From Halomonas sp. 54_146 (lineage in GTDB: Bacteria > Pseudomonadota > Gammaproteobacteria > Pseudomonadales > Halomonadaceae), in assembly GCA_001507855.1 (NCBI GenBank), contig LGEN01000009.1, positions 10,621 to 74,620 of the forward strand: a DNA stretch of 64,000 bases. Reading direction: 5' to 3'. Under the pieces are notes generated by a model. That model had not been told where the DNA came from and made no database searches. It saw nothing but the letters and a program-made list of their open reading frames with translations. This document shows, in pieces, positions 9,052-18,430 of the stretch. Position numbers and translations under genes: made by a program. The first letter of the stretch is position 1; each line of letters opens with the position of its first letter.

Positions 9052-10469
9052 TCGTTTCCCCGTTGACGCCGAAGATAATGACGCAGAAATATGGCAGTTA
9101 GATTAAGTACCAGCACAATTAACACTAAAAGTAGCGCCGTGGCATACACCAGCGGGATGGCCGCCTGCACATCTTCGCCGTGAAAGGCGGTATCAAATAG
9201 ATGATAGCCAAGATGCATGAACTTGCGTTCCAAATGAAGATAAGGAAACTCGCCATCGATGGGCATCTGAGGCGCTAGCTTGGCGACGCCCACAAGCATT
9301 AAAGGCGCTACTTCGCCTGCCGCGCGGGCGACCGCTAAAATGACCCCGGTGAGCATAGCGGGGGCGGCCATAGGCAGCACAATGCGGGTGAGCATTTCTA
9401 AGCGCGTGGCACCCAGCGCCACGGCACCTTCGCGCTGGGCGTCGGGTATACGCGCCAGCCCCTCCTCTGTAGCCACAATCACCACTGGCAAGGTGAGCAG
9501 TGCCAGCGTTAGCGATGCCCACAGCAGCCCGCCGGTGCCAAAGGTGGGCGAGGGCAGGGTGTCGCTGAAGAACCATTCATCCAGCGAGCCGCCAATACCA
9601 TACACAAACACGCCTAAGCCAAATACGCCATAGACAATAGACGGAACGCCGGCAAGATTACGCACGCCAATGCGTACAAAACGGGTTAGCCGCCCCTGAT
9701 GGGCGATTTCGTTAAGATAAATAGCCGCCAGCACCCCAAAAGGGGTGACGATGACAGACATTAAAATCACCATGAGGACGGTGCCAAAAATCGCCGGCCA
9801 GACACCGCCGCTGGTATTGGCTGCCCGCGGGCCTTCGCTCAAAAACCGCCAAACAGCGTCGCCCCACGCCAGCGTTTTCTGCCACCACGACATCGCGTTA
9901 GGTGCCTGCGCGTGAATGACATTGGCAAGCGGCTGGCGCAGCGTTTGGCCGTTGGCGGTGGTAAGCAGCAGCTGGCTTTCTTGGCGTTGGCTGGCAGGAA
10001 GCGCCAAAAGAGCCGTTAAACGTTGCCAGGCGGCCTCGCCTTCCCAGCGCTGTTCGGCCTGTTCAACTGCCACTAAACGGCCGATAAAATCATCCCATGG
10101 GCTGCGCTCTAAGCGAATCAGATCAACCGGCTGGGTGCGTTCAACAATCTCTTCAACCTTCACCCAGCGCCAGCGTGCTCCCTCTAGATCGCGGTTGCCG
10201 GTGAAGTACAGGCGTTCATCGCCCTCTTGAAGGGGCAGCGCAACTTCACGCACTGCGTGGCCCGCAAAGATGTCACCTGAACGCAGGGTAACTTCCTCTA
10301 ACGTGGCGGGCCAGAAGTGGCCTAGCCCACGCACCAACAGCAGTGTCAGTAGCGCCCCTAGCATCAACAAAGAGAGCGCCACGCTGGCTGCACATAACCA
10401 AGGCCATAGGCTATTTAGCCAGTTGAAGCGGTAGCTAGGAGAGGCCGCGTTGTTCGGTACAGCGGTCAT
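9045..10469 (-). CDS. pstA: Phosphate ABC transporter permease PstA (long type)
   Basis: [41 protein letters not shown]. Confidence 0.93.
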   Translation of the reverse strand: MTAVPNNAASPSYRFNWLNSLWPWLCAASVALSLLMLGALLTLLLVRGLGHFWPATLEEVTLRSGDIFAGHAVREVALPLQEGDERLYFTGNRDLEGARWRWVKVEEIVERTQPVDLIRLERSPWDDFIGRLVAVEQAEQRWEGEAAWQRLTALLALPASQRQESQLLLTTANGQTLRQPLANVIHAQAPNAMSWWQKTLAWGDAVWRFLSEGPRAANTSGGVWPAIFGTVLMVILMSVIVTPFGVLAAIYLNEIAHQGRLTRFVRIGVRNLAGVPSIVYGVFGLGVFVYGIGGSLDEWFFSDTLPSPTFGTGGLLWASLTLALLTLPVVIVATEEGLARIPDAQREGAVALGATRLEMLTRIVLPMAAPAMLTGVILAVARAAGEVAPLMLVGVAKLAPQMPIDGEFPYLHLERKFMHLGYHLFDTAFHGEDVQAAIPLVYATALLLVLIVLVLNLTAIFLRHYLRRQRGNEC

Positions 10470-11584
10470 GAAGGCCCTCCCATCTGTCGGTAACGGCGGC
10501 GCAAGCGCTGGCGGACGACCTCGGCCAAGGTGTTAACTAAAAAAGTGAAGATAAACAGCACCAAGGCCGCCAGAATCAGTAAGTGGTATGTCAGGCCACC
10601 GGGCGCGGCTTCGGGTAGCTCGATGGCGATCGCGGCAGACAGCGTTCGCATCCCTTCAAAAGGGCTGGCGCTAAGCAGGGCGGTATTGCCGCTGGCCATC
10701 AGCACAATCATGGTTTCGCCTACGGCTCGCCCGGCCCCGATCATCACCGCTGAGAAAACCCCCGGCCCCGCTGCCCTCAGGGCGACTTTCCACAGTGCCT
10801 GCCATCGGCTAGCGCCCAGGGCTTGAGCGCCTTCTATTAAGGTATTCGGTACATCGGCCAGCGCATCTTCCGCCAGTGAGTAGATGCCGGGAATCACGGC
10901 AAAGCCCATCGCAATGCCGACAATTAGGGCGTTACGAGTGGCGTAATCAATGCCAAAACGTTGGTCGAGTAACAAACGCAAATCGCCGCCTAGCCACTGC
11001 TGTTCTATCCAAGGGGTGAGCCAGAGTGCCAGCGCCATCATTATCGCAAGCCAGGGAACCAACCAAAGCCCCGCCCAAGAAAGCGGAAAATAGCGCCGTA
11101 GCCGCGTTTTGGTCAGCTGCCAGAGAAGGCCGGCAAGCGCTGCGCTGAGCGGCAGCCAAATAATCAGCACCAAAGTGCTCGCCAAGTGGCGTTCCACCCA
11201 GGGTGCCAAAATGAGCCCGGCAATAAAACCGACTACCACACCGGGAATAGCTTCCATCATTTCTAGCGTGGGTTTGATACGGCTGCGAAGGCGCGCTGAC
11301 ATAAACAGCGCTGAGTAAATGGCGGCACCCAAGGCAACAGGAATAGCAAACAGCAAGGCGGATAAGGCTGCTTTCAATGTGCCCCATGCCATGGGAGAGA
11401 GTTTTGCCAGCGCCAAGGTGTCGCCAATGGCCAATAATGGCAGGGTTTCCCACACCAAAAAAACGCCGATAGCCAGTATCGCCATCAGCACGCCAACGCC
11501 GCCAGCGGTAATTAACCCCGTGGCCACGCGGTCTTGCAGCAGGCGAAGCGGCTGACGAGAGGTAGTTAACCGAGGTGGGATCAT
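10466..11584 (-). CDS. pstC: Phosphate ABC transporter permease PstC
   Basis: GTLKAA, MEAIPGVVVGFIAG, AEDALADVP, GRAVGETMIVLMASGN; ATGA overlap with pstA. Confidence 0.92.
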   Translation of the reverse strand: MIPPRLTTSRQPLRLLQDRVATGLITAGGVGVLMAILAIGVFLVWETLPLLAIGDTLALAKLSPMAWGTLKAALSALLFAIPVALGAAIYSALFMSARLRSRIKPTLEMMEAIPGVVVGFIAGLILAPWVERHLASTLVLIIWLPLSAALAGLLWQLTKTRLRRYFPLSWAGLWLVPWLAIMMALALWLTPWIEQQWLGGDLRLLLDQRFGIDYATRNALIVGIAMGFAVIPGIYSLAEDALADVPNTLIEGAQALGASRWQALWKVALRAAGPGVFSAVMIGAGRAVGETMIVLMASGNTALLSASPFEGMRTLSAAIAIELPEAAPGGLTYHLLILAALVLFIFTFLVNTLAEVVRQRLRRRYRQMGGPS

Positions 11585-11663
11585 GTTGGCATCATTAAAT
11601 AACCAGAGCGACCACAGAGCTGATCAGTGAGCATAAGACGACCCCTTACCCTAAGGTGCTTTT

Positions 11664-11681
11664 GTGACATTAAGATGACAA
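11664..11681 (-). promoter_or_regulatory. Pho box between pstS and pstC
   Basis: Minus strand TTGTCAT-CTTA-ATGTCAC, about 80 bp upstream of the pstC start. Confidence 0.75.
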
Positions 11682-11691
11682 GCCGTGGCAT

Positions 11692-12657
11692 TTACCTGAT
11701 TGGCGCTTGCCATACCCGCTGTGATTCTAAAATGTTCTTCGATAACGCAACAAAACCCGAGGCGCGGGCAATTTGCTGGCCTTCCTCAGACATAATCAGG
11801 TCAAGCAATGCCTGCTCAGCAGGCGGCAGTTGCTCGCCAGGCGGCAAGTTAACGTAGAGATAAAGATCCCGCGATAGCGGGTAATCACCGTTTTGGATCG
11901 CGGCCTCTGTAGGGGGAATGGCGTTGCCGCTAGCGTTAATGAGGCTTAGCGCGTGTACCGCGGGGGTAAGGTGATTGTATCCCGCATAGCCCATGGCATT
12001 GATCGACTCGCCCACGGCAGCAACCACGGCGGATGAGCCCGGGTGCTCGCTGATATCAATGCGAAATTGGCCATCACATAACGCCCGTGCTTGAAACAGC
12101 CCGTGGGTACCTGAGGCAAGATTACGCCCGTGCAGTGCAATACTGCCCAGCACCGCTTCTTGAGTGGCAGGGAGTTGATTCCAACGCCGGATAGGCGCTT
12201 CAGCACCGCAGGCGCGTGAGGTTGAGAAGATAGCATCAATCTGCTGTCGCGTTAGCGCACGCAATGGATTATGCCGATGCACAACAATGATAAGGGCATC
12301 GCGGGCAACGGTTAATTCCAGGGGGGGGTAGCCATAGCGCTCAGTAAAATTATCGCGCTCAGCTTTGGTCATCGGCCGGGACATCGGCCCAAGCCGAGTG
12401 GTGCCTGCCATTAATGCCGGTGGCGCACTGGCAGAACCGCTCGCTTGAAACTGCAGCTTGACGTCTGGGTGGCGGGTGGTAAGGGTTTCGCCCCAACGCA
12501 GCATCAAACCCGCCATGGTGTCAGAGCCAACAGCCCCTAAGGTACCGCTAATGTTCTGCGGCTGCCCCCAGGCCAGTGGGGCTGTCAGCACTAGGGTGAC
12601 CATAAACGTAAAGGCCATCATAAACGTATTTGAAAGAGTCGTTAAAAGGGTATTCAA
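11692..12657 (-). CDS. pstS: Phosphate-binding protein PstS family
   Basis: Signal peptide, GSDTMA, GSASAPPAL, GPMSRPM, GRNLASGTHG, YPLSRDLYLYVN. Confidence 0.9.
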   Translation of the reverse strand: MNTLLTTLSNTFMMAFTFMVTLVLTAPLAWGQPQNISGTLGAVGSDTMAGLMLRWGETLTTRHPDVKLQFQASGSASAPPALMAGTTRLGPMSRPMTKAERDNFTERYGYPPLELTVARDALIIVVHRHNPLRALTRQQIDAIFSTSRACGAEAPIRRWNQLPATQEAVLGSIALHGRNLASGTHGLFQARALCDGQFRIDISEHPGSSAVVAAVGESINAMGYAGYNHLTPAVHALSLINASGNAIPPTEAAIQNGDYPLSRDLYLYVNLPPGEQLPPAEQALLDLIMSEEGQQIARASGFVALSKNILESQRVWQAPIR

Positions 12658-12749
12658 ACTAAGTTCCTCTTATGGTTAACTGAAATCCTATTATTGTGTT
12701 GCGCTGCAGCAACGCTCCTTAACAGCGCTCATCGCAGTGATGATGACAG

Positions 12750-12790
12750 CGAATGTCTACAGCAAATGTCTATAGCAAAATGTTTACAAC
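12750..12790. repeat. Imperfect 13-bp repeats in the pstS/thioesterase divergent intergenic region
   Basis: GAATGTCTACAGC, AAATGTCTATAGC, AAAATGTTTACAAC. Confidence 0.7.
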
Positions 12791-12815
12791 AATAAACGGA
12801 TAAAGCGACCACCAC

Positions 12816-13229
12816 ATGACTCTTCTACAAACGGATTTAGACGACGTACCTGCCCCCCAGGGCTTACTCACCTTAAAGTTACTGGCTTCACGCCAAGATA
12901 CCAATCTTTATGGCGATATACCCGGTGGCTGGCTGGTCAATAAAATGGATCAAGCGGCCGAGCTAGCCGCAGGGCGTGAAGCCGGCGGCCGCACAGCCAC
13001 CGTGGCGATTGAAGCCATGGATTTTTTAAGCCCGGTACGCGTTGGTTCAATGGTCAGCGTTTACACCCAGGTTCAGGAGATTGGCCATAGCTCGATGAAA
13101 ATCGTTGTCGAAGTATGGGTGCGTTCGCTCCATGGGCGCCTGCTTGAAGAGCGCCAAAAAGTGACGGAAGCGCGTTTTGTGATGGTGGCGCTAGACGACA
13201 ACGGCCGCATTCGGGCGGTGCATGGCTAA
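12816..13229 (+). CDS. Acyl-CoA thioesterase (YciA/hotdog family)
   Basis: DTNLYGDIPGGWLVNKMDQAA, FLSPVRVG, VTEARFVMVALDDNGR. Confidence 0.85.
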   Translation: MTLLQTDLDDVPAPQGLLTLKLLASRQDTNLYGDIPGGWLVNKMDQAAELAAGREAGGRTATVAIEAMDFLSPVRVGSMVSVYTQVQEIGHSSMKIVVEVWVRSLHGRLLEERQKVTEARFVMVALDDNGRIRAVHG

Positions 13230-13336
13230 TTCTAGGCAGAGCTAACCCAGCGTTAATACCTTAATTCGATAACCTAGTTAAGCTAAGAGCTCAGTTAATT
13301 TAAAAACCTAGCTAGCTCGATAAGCCATTTAAAGAA

Positions 13337-13363
13337 CAAAAGAGCGCATCATGCGCTCTTTTG
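13337..13363. terminator. Bidirectional terminator between convergent genes
   Basis: AAAAGAGCGCATCATGCGCTCTTTT palindrome with A and T tails. Confidence 0.75.
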
Positions 13364-13423
13364 CCGCTTCTCTTTTTTGCTCTTCTATTAACGCGTTATC
13401 GAGTGAGCCGGCAGGCGGATTAT

Positions 13424-14518
13424 TTAAGAACCAACGTTGTCGCGGCTCTTAAGATACGCGTATTCGCCCACATCGCTAAACGGACGCAGCACCTTCTGGA
13501 ACGCAGAGTAAGACTCATATACTTGACGAGACTCTTCGTCATTTTCTACCTGGCGCTGAATAACGTCCTGCGAAGAGGTGTAAAGCGCTTTCATGACATC
13601 GTCAGGGAACGTGCGCAGCTGAACGCCATGCTCATCCACCAGCGTGGCCAGCGCTTGAGCGTTGCGGAAAGCGAATTCGCTAATCATCGCAAGGTTAGAC
13701 GCCCGCGCGGCTTCACGGATCACATCTTGCAGGTCTTCCGGCAGCGCGTTCCACGCATCCAGGTTGATGGTACCTTCCAGCGCGGCGGTGGGCTCGTTCC
13801 ATACCGAGGTGTAGTAGTAATCAGCTACCTGATGTAGGCCGAACGCCATATCGTTATACGGGCCGACCCAGTCTGCGGCATCCAGTACGCCGGTTTGCAG
13901 CGAGGTGAAAATATCAGAGCCCGGCATATTAACGGTCGTTACCCCAATGCCGTTCATCGCCTCACCAGCCAAGCCGGGTAAGCGAAGCTTCAGCCCCTGC
14001 ATATCGTCCAGTGAATTGATCTCTTTCTTGAACCAGCCTGCCATTTGGCTGCCGGTATTGCCTACCGCGAAGGGTTTCAGATTGTGCTTGGCGTAGATCT
14101 CATCCCACAGCTCCTGACCGCCGCCATGGTACAACCAAGCGTTCATTTCGGTGGTGTTCATGCCGAATGGCACCGCCGTAAAGAACTGCGAGGCAGCCAC
14201 TTTGCCGCGCCAGTAGTAAGAGGCCGAGTGCCCCATTTCAGCGGTGCCGGCAGCGACAGCGTCGAACACTTCCAGCGCCGGCACCAGTTCACCCGCGCCA
14301 TGTACGCGAATCTGCATACGACCGTTGGAAAGCTGTTCTACCCGGCGGGCGAAATCATTCGCACCGGTGCCCAGGGCAGGGAAGTTTTTCGGCCAAGAGG
14401 TCACCATGTCCCAGGTATAGGTTTCCTGGGCGCGTGCGTTTGAGGTCGTGACGAAAGGGGCGGCAACGGCCCCAGCGACGCCAAGACTGGCGGTTTTAAG
14501 GAAGTGACGGCGTTGCAT
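13424..14518 (-). CDS. TRAP substrate-binding protein, TakP-like keto-acid type, Tat-exported
   Basis: MQRRHFLK Tat signal; VTSWPK, GAGELVPALEVFDAV, YYWRGK, GLKLRLPG, DWVGPYND. Confidence 0.88.
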   Translation of the reverse strand: MQRRHFLKTASLGVAGAVAAPFVTTSNARAQETYTWDMVTSWPKNFPALGTGANDFARRVEQLSNGRMQIRVHGAGELVPALEVFDAVAAGTAEMGHSASYYWRGKVAASQFFTAVPFGMNTTEMNAWLYHGGGQELWDEIYAKHNLKPFAVGNTGSQMAGWFKKEINSLDDMQGLKLRLPGLAGEAMNGIGVTTVNMPGSDIFTSLQTGVLDAADWVGPYNDMAFGLHQVADYYYTSVWNEPTAALEGTINLDAWNALPEDLQDVIREAARASNLAMISEFAFRNAQALATLVDEHGVQLRTFPDDVMKALYTSSQDVIQRQVENDEESRQVYESYSAFQKVLRPFSDVGEYAYLKSRDNVGS

Positions 14519-14646
14519 AATGAGCAAGACTCCGGAAATTGTATGATTTTTTTGTCAGTGCGCGGGTAAGCGCAGTGTCCGTTAGCCAGTATGCGCTAAG
14601 CAGGTTTTAATCGGCAAGCCGATGAACTCAACGCCACGGGCGCGGC

Positions 14647-16845
14647 TCACAGTGGCGTCAGCTTGGCAAAGCCGAGCACTAACCATTTAACGCCTTCGCC
14701 CTCAAAGCTGACCTGCACCCGGGCGCGTGCACCTTCGCCTTCTGCGTTAAGAATAATCCCCTTGCCGAACACTGGGTGCTCCACCCCTTGGCCGACGTGC
14801 AAACTTGGCAAGTCGCCGCTACTTTCGATGCTTTGTTGGGCAAACGATGAACGCGAGGCGGTGACCGGGCGAGAAATATGCCCGCGCAGGCGCACTTCTT
14901 CCAGCAAGTGCGGCGGCAGCTCGCGCAAAAAGCGCGACGGCCGCGGGAACACTTCTTTGCCGTGCAGGCGGCGGGTTTCCGCGTGGGTCAGGTAGAGTTT
15001 CTGCATGGCGCGGGTGACGCCGACGTAACACAGCCTGCGCTCCTCTTCGAGCCTGCCCGGTTCTTCAAGCGACATTTTATGCGGAAACAGCCCCTCTTCG
15101 ACGCCGGCAATAAACACCACGGGGAACTCCAGGCCTTTGGCGGAGTGCAGCGTCATTAGCTGCACGCTGTCTTCAAACTCTTCCGCTTCGTGGTCGCCGG
15201 CGTTAAGCGCTGCCTCAGAAAGGAACGCTTCCAGCGCCGCCATGCCTTCGCCTGCTTCGGGGGCTTCAAACACATCGCCTTGGGTGAAGGCGCGGGCAGC
15301 GGTGACCAGTTCTTCCAGGTTTTCTACCCGTGCTTGGCCTTTTTCGCCGCGCTCGCTTTTGTGATGCTCAATCAAACCGGTATGCACCATGACATGGTCG
15401 ATAATTTCGTGCAGCGCCATGCCGGCTGCGTCGTTATCGAGCTGTTCAATCAGGTTGGCGAACGTTTGCAGCGCATTGGCCGCACGGCCTTTTAGGCTGC
15501 CGTCGTGAACCACATCGTGCAGCGCCTGCCACAGCGGAATGCTCTGCTCGCGGGCGCGCAGGCGGACAATCTCAATGGTGCGCGTGCCGATGCCACGGGT
15601 AGGCACGTTAATCACCCGCTCAAGTGAGGCATCGTCATCGCGGTTAAGCAGCAGGCGCAAATAGGCCAGCGCATTTTTGATTTCCAAGCGCTCGTAAAAG
15701 CGGTGGCCGCCGTAAATACGGTAGGGCATGCCTTGGCGAATCAGCGTCTCTTCCAGCAGCCGCGACTGGGCGTTGGAGCGGTAGAGAATCGCGATATCCC
15801 GGCGGTTGAAGCCTTCATCGACCTTTTCTTTAATGGTATCAACGATATAACGCGCTTCTTCCAAGTCGTTAAAACCGGCGTAGATGGAGATTGGCTCGCC
15901 TTGGATGCCGTCGGTCCATAGGTTCTTGCCCATCCGCTCGCTGTTGTGGCTGATCAGCGTATTGGCGGCTTCTAGAATCGCGCTGGTGGAGCGATAGTTC
16001 TGCTCAAGCCGCACGGTGTGGGTTTGCGGGAACTCCTGCTCAAAGCGGCTGATATTTTCCACCTTGGCGCCGCGCCAGCCATAAATCGACTGGTCGTCAT
16101 CACCTACTGCGGTCATCGGTGTTTTCATGCCGGTGAGCAGCTTTAGCCAGGCGTATTGCAGCGTATTGGTGTCTTGAAACTCATCCACCAGCACGTGACC
16201 AAAGCGCTCCTGGTAGTGGTTTAGCAGCGCAGGGTTATCGCGCAGTAGCTCCAGGCTGCGTAGCAGCAGCTCGCCGAAGTCGACCAGGCCACCGCGGTCA
16301 CAGGTAAGCTGGTAGCGCTCGTACAGTTCGACCATTTGGCCGATATAGGCATCGCCATCGACATTCACCTGGTGCGGGCGCAAGCCTTCTTCTTTGCAGC
16401 CGGAAATAAATCCCTGCACCTGGCGCGGCGGGTAGCGCTCGTCGTCAATCGAGTAATCTTTCAGCAGCCGTTTGACTAGGCGTAGCTGGTCATCGGAATC
16501 AATAATCTGGAAGTGTTGCGGCAGCCGGGCGTCCTGCCAGTGGGTGCGCAGCAGGCGGTGGGCAATGGAGTGGAAGGTACCGACCCATACGTGGCGTAGC
16601 GAAATGCCCAGCAGCGCCTCAAGGCGGGTGCGCATTTCTTTGGCGGCTTTATTGGTAAAGGTAACCGCCAGCAGGGCGTAGGGAGAAAGCCCTTCGGCCT
16701 GCATTAGCCAGGCAATGCGATGAACCAGCACGCGGGTTTTGCCGGAGCCTGCGCCTGCGAGCACCAATAGATTGCCTTGAGGGGCGCTCACTGCTTCGCG
16801 CTGGGCGGAGTTGAGCTGATCGAGAATCGCCGTGACGTCGTCCAT
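14647..16845 (-). CDS. uvrD: DNA helicase II
   Basis: LAGAGSGKTRVL, VDEFQDTN, VGDDDQSIYGWRGA, MTLHSAKGLEFP, EERRLCYVGVTRA. Confidence 0.97.
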   Translation of the reverse strand: MDDVTAILDQLNSAQREAVSAPQGNLLVLAGAGSGKTRVLVHRIAWLMQAEGLSPYALLAVTFTNKAAKEMRTRLEALLGISLRHVWVGTFHSIAHRLLRTHWQDARLPQHFQIIDSDDQLRLVKRLLKDYSIDDERYPPRQVQGFISGCKEEGLRPHQVNVDGDAYIGQMVELYERYQLTCDRGGLVDFGELLLRSLELLRDNPALLNHYQERFGHVLVDEFQDTNTLQYAWLKLLTGMKTPMTAVGDDDQSIYGWRGAKVENISRFEQEFPQTHTVRLEQNYRSTSAILEAANTLISHNSERMGKNLWTDGIQGEPISIYAGFNDLEEARYIVDTIKEKVDEGFNRRDIAILYRSNAQSRLLEETLIRQGMPYRIYGGHRFYERLEIKNALAYLRLLLNRDDDASLERVINVPTRGIGTRTIEIVRLRAREQSIPLWQALHDVVHDGSLKGRAANALQTFANLIEQLDNDAAGMALHEIIDHVMVHTGLIEHHKSERGEKGQARVENLEELVTAARAFTQGDVFEAPEAGEGMAALEAFLSEAALNAGDHEAEEFEDSVQLMTLHSAKGLEFPVVFIAGVEEGLFPHKMSLEEPGRLEEERRLCYVGVTRAMQKLYLTHAETRRLHGKEVFPRPSRFLRELPPHLLEEVRLRGHISRPVTASRSSFAQQSIESSGDLPSLHVGQGVEHPVFGKGIILNAEGEGARARVQVSFEGEGVKWLVLGFAKLTPL

Positions 16846-16898
16846 AGTAGCCGCTGCCGGATCAAAAAATAGGCGGCTAGTCTAGCACAGCCAGCGAA

Positions 16899-16914
16899 CT
16901 GGCTGTGTATACAG
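16899..16914. promoter_or_regulatory. LexA (SOS) box upstream of uvrD
   Basis: CTGGCTGTGTATACAG (CTG-N10-CAG) about 55 bp upstream of the uvrD start; uvrD is SOS-regulated in E. coli. Confidence 0.65.
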
Positions 16915-16923
16915 GTCTAACGA

Positions 16924-17778
16924 CTAAGGCTCTTCGGGAAAGCGCAGCGTGTTAAGGCTCTTTTTAACGGCTTTGAGCTGTTCGGCGAGTTTCGGGCCGC
17001 GGGTTTTGGCCACGCCGACGGCTAGTACGTCAATCAGCACCAGGTGGGCAATGCGAGAACTAAGCGGCGTGTAGATCTCGGTGTCTTCGTGGACATCGAT
17101 ATACAGCGGCAGGCTGACTTCTTCAGCGAGCGGTGAGCCGCTGGGGCACAGGCCAATCACCGTCGCGCCCGCTTCACGGGCTAAGCGCACGCTGGCGACT
17201 AGCGCTTTGGTACGGCCGGTTTGCGAAATAGCCACCACCACGTCGCCATCGTTCAACGTCACTGCCGACATATTCTGCATGTGGGGGTCTGCGTAAGCAG
17301 ATGTTGAAATTTGCAGCCGGAAGAACTTGTGCTGTGCATCAAAGGCCACCGCGCCGGAAGCCCCAAAACCGTAGAACTCAACGCGGTTGGCCATCGCCAG
17401 GGCATTAACCGCTCGACCCAGGGCGTCGTTATCCAGCCGGTCGCGCACCGATAGCAGCGTGCCCACGGTGGAGTCAAAAATGCTGTGAGAAAATTCCGCC
17501 ACTGAGTCGCTATCGTTCATGGAGAACTGGGCGAACTGGCTGCCGCTGGCCAGCATTTGCGCTAGCTGTAGCTTGAAATCTTGAAAGCCGTTGCAACCCA
17601 GCGCACGGCAAAAGCGCACCACGGTAGGTTCGCTAACGGTGGCTTCGGTGGCTAGATCCACAATGCGCATGTGGATGACTTCTTCGGGGTTGCGCAGTAC
17701 AAACCGCGCCACTTTTTGCTCGGAGCGTCGAAAGTGCTCCATGCGGCGTCTCATTTCATCGAACAGGGCGCGACTCAC
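16924..17778 (-). CDS. hexR: RpiR/HexR family transcriptional regulator
   Basis: HTH VSEPTVVRFCRALGCNGFQDFK; SIS domain FYGFGASG, AISQTGRT, YTPLSSRIAHL; may be the second HexR paralogue (RccR/PA5438 type) given uvrD adjacency. Confidence 0.8.
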   Translation of the reverse strand: MSRALFDEMRRRMEHFRRSEQKVARFVLRNPEEVIHMRIVDLATEATVSEPTVVRFCRALGCNGFQDFKLQLAQMLASGSQFAQFSMNDSDSVAEFSHSIFDSTVGTLLSVRDRLDNDALGRAVNALAMANRVEFYGFGASGAVAFDAQHKFFRLQISTSAYADPHMQNMSAVTLNDGDVVVAISQTGRTKALVASVRLAREAGATVIGLCPSGSPLAEEVSLPLYIDVHEDTEIYTPLSSRIAHLVLIDVLAVGVAKTRGPKLAEQLKAVKKSLNTLRFPEEP

Positions 17779-18120
17779 GTTCAGCTCCTTGGGTGCTCAA
17801 CCAACAGGTATTCAACAGTACGTCAATATACAGTCGTTTGAAACGACCGTTTCTGTCTGTCTGCTCATTTCTATCTGCTCATTATTATGTTTTTACGTTT
17901 CTTTAACACTGATGAATACAGTATGCCTCAATGAGTGGATAGGGCCACTAACTATTGGGCAGGTTAGCCTCAGCGTTTAAAGGACGTTAGACAATTTTTT
18001 TATGAATAGTCATCATTTTGTCAAGTAGGTTATAGTAATAAGTGAAGTGCCGCACTGCATCATAACAGTCGTCACCGATGCAGGTGGACGGAGGCATATT
18101 CACCTGGAGGAACGTCGATC

Positions 18121-18336
18121 ATGAGAAACGTCGAACGCATCACCTCGGTTAAAAGCGAATTGCTCGACATATTTATGAGTCTACAAGTGGATGAGCATGA
18201 ACAACGCCAACGCAGCGCTGCCCAGCGTAGCTTAAGAGCGCGGCGGGGTATTGAGCTGCATCGGGAATTCCAGAAATTGTCGCGGGATATCGCCCCCTTG
18301 CCCGATGAAGAGCGGCAAGAGAGCGAATTGCACTAA
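18121..18336 (+). CDS. Small hypothetical protein, PA3496-family-like
   Basis: 71 aa with strong SD GGAGG; RARRGIELHRE...L pattern resembles the PA3496 family. Confidence 0.55.
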   Translation: MRNVERITSVKSELLDIFMSLQVDEHEQRQRSAAQRSLRARRGIELHREFQKLSRDIAPLPDEERQESELH

Positions 18337-18430
18337 CGTTACTCGTTATGCATACTCGCCCTGCTTTCTAGCAGGGCTGAAGTGGATTAACGTCGGCTTT
18401 TATCACTATCGCTAAGTTTCAAACTCGGCC

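Noticed and set aside
13361-14443. Plus-strand ORFs of 158, 63 and 132 aa
   Set aside because: Antisense to the TRAP binding-protein gene.
17908-17922. ACTGATGAATACAGT as a second SOS box
   Set aside because: Spacing is CTG-N7-CAG, not N10.
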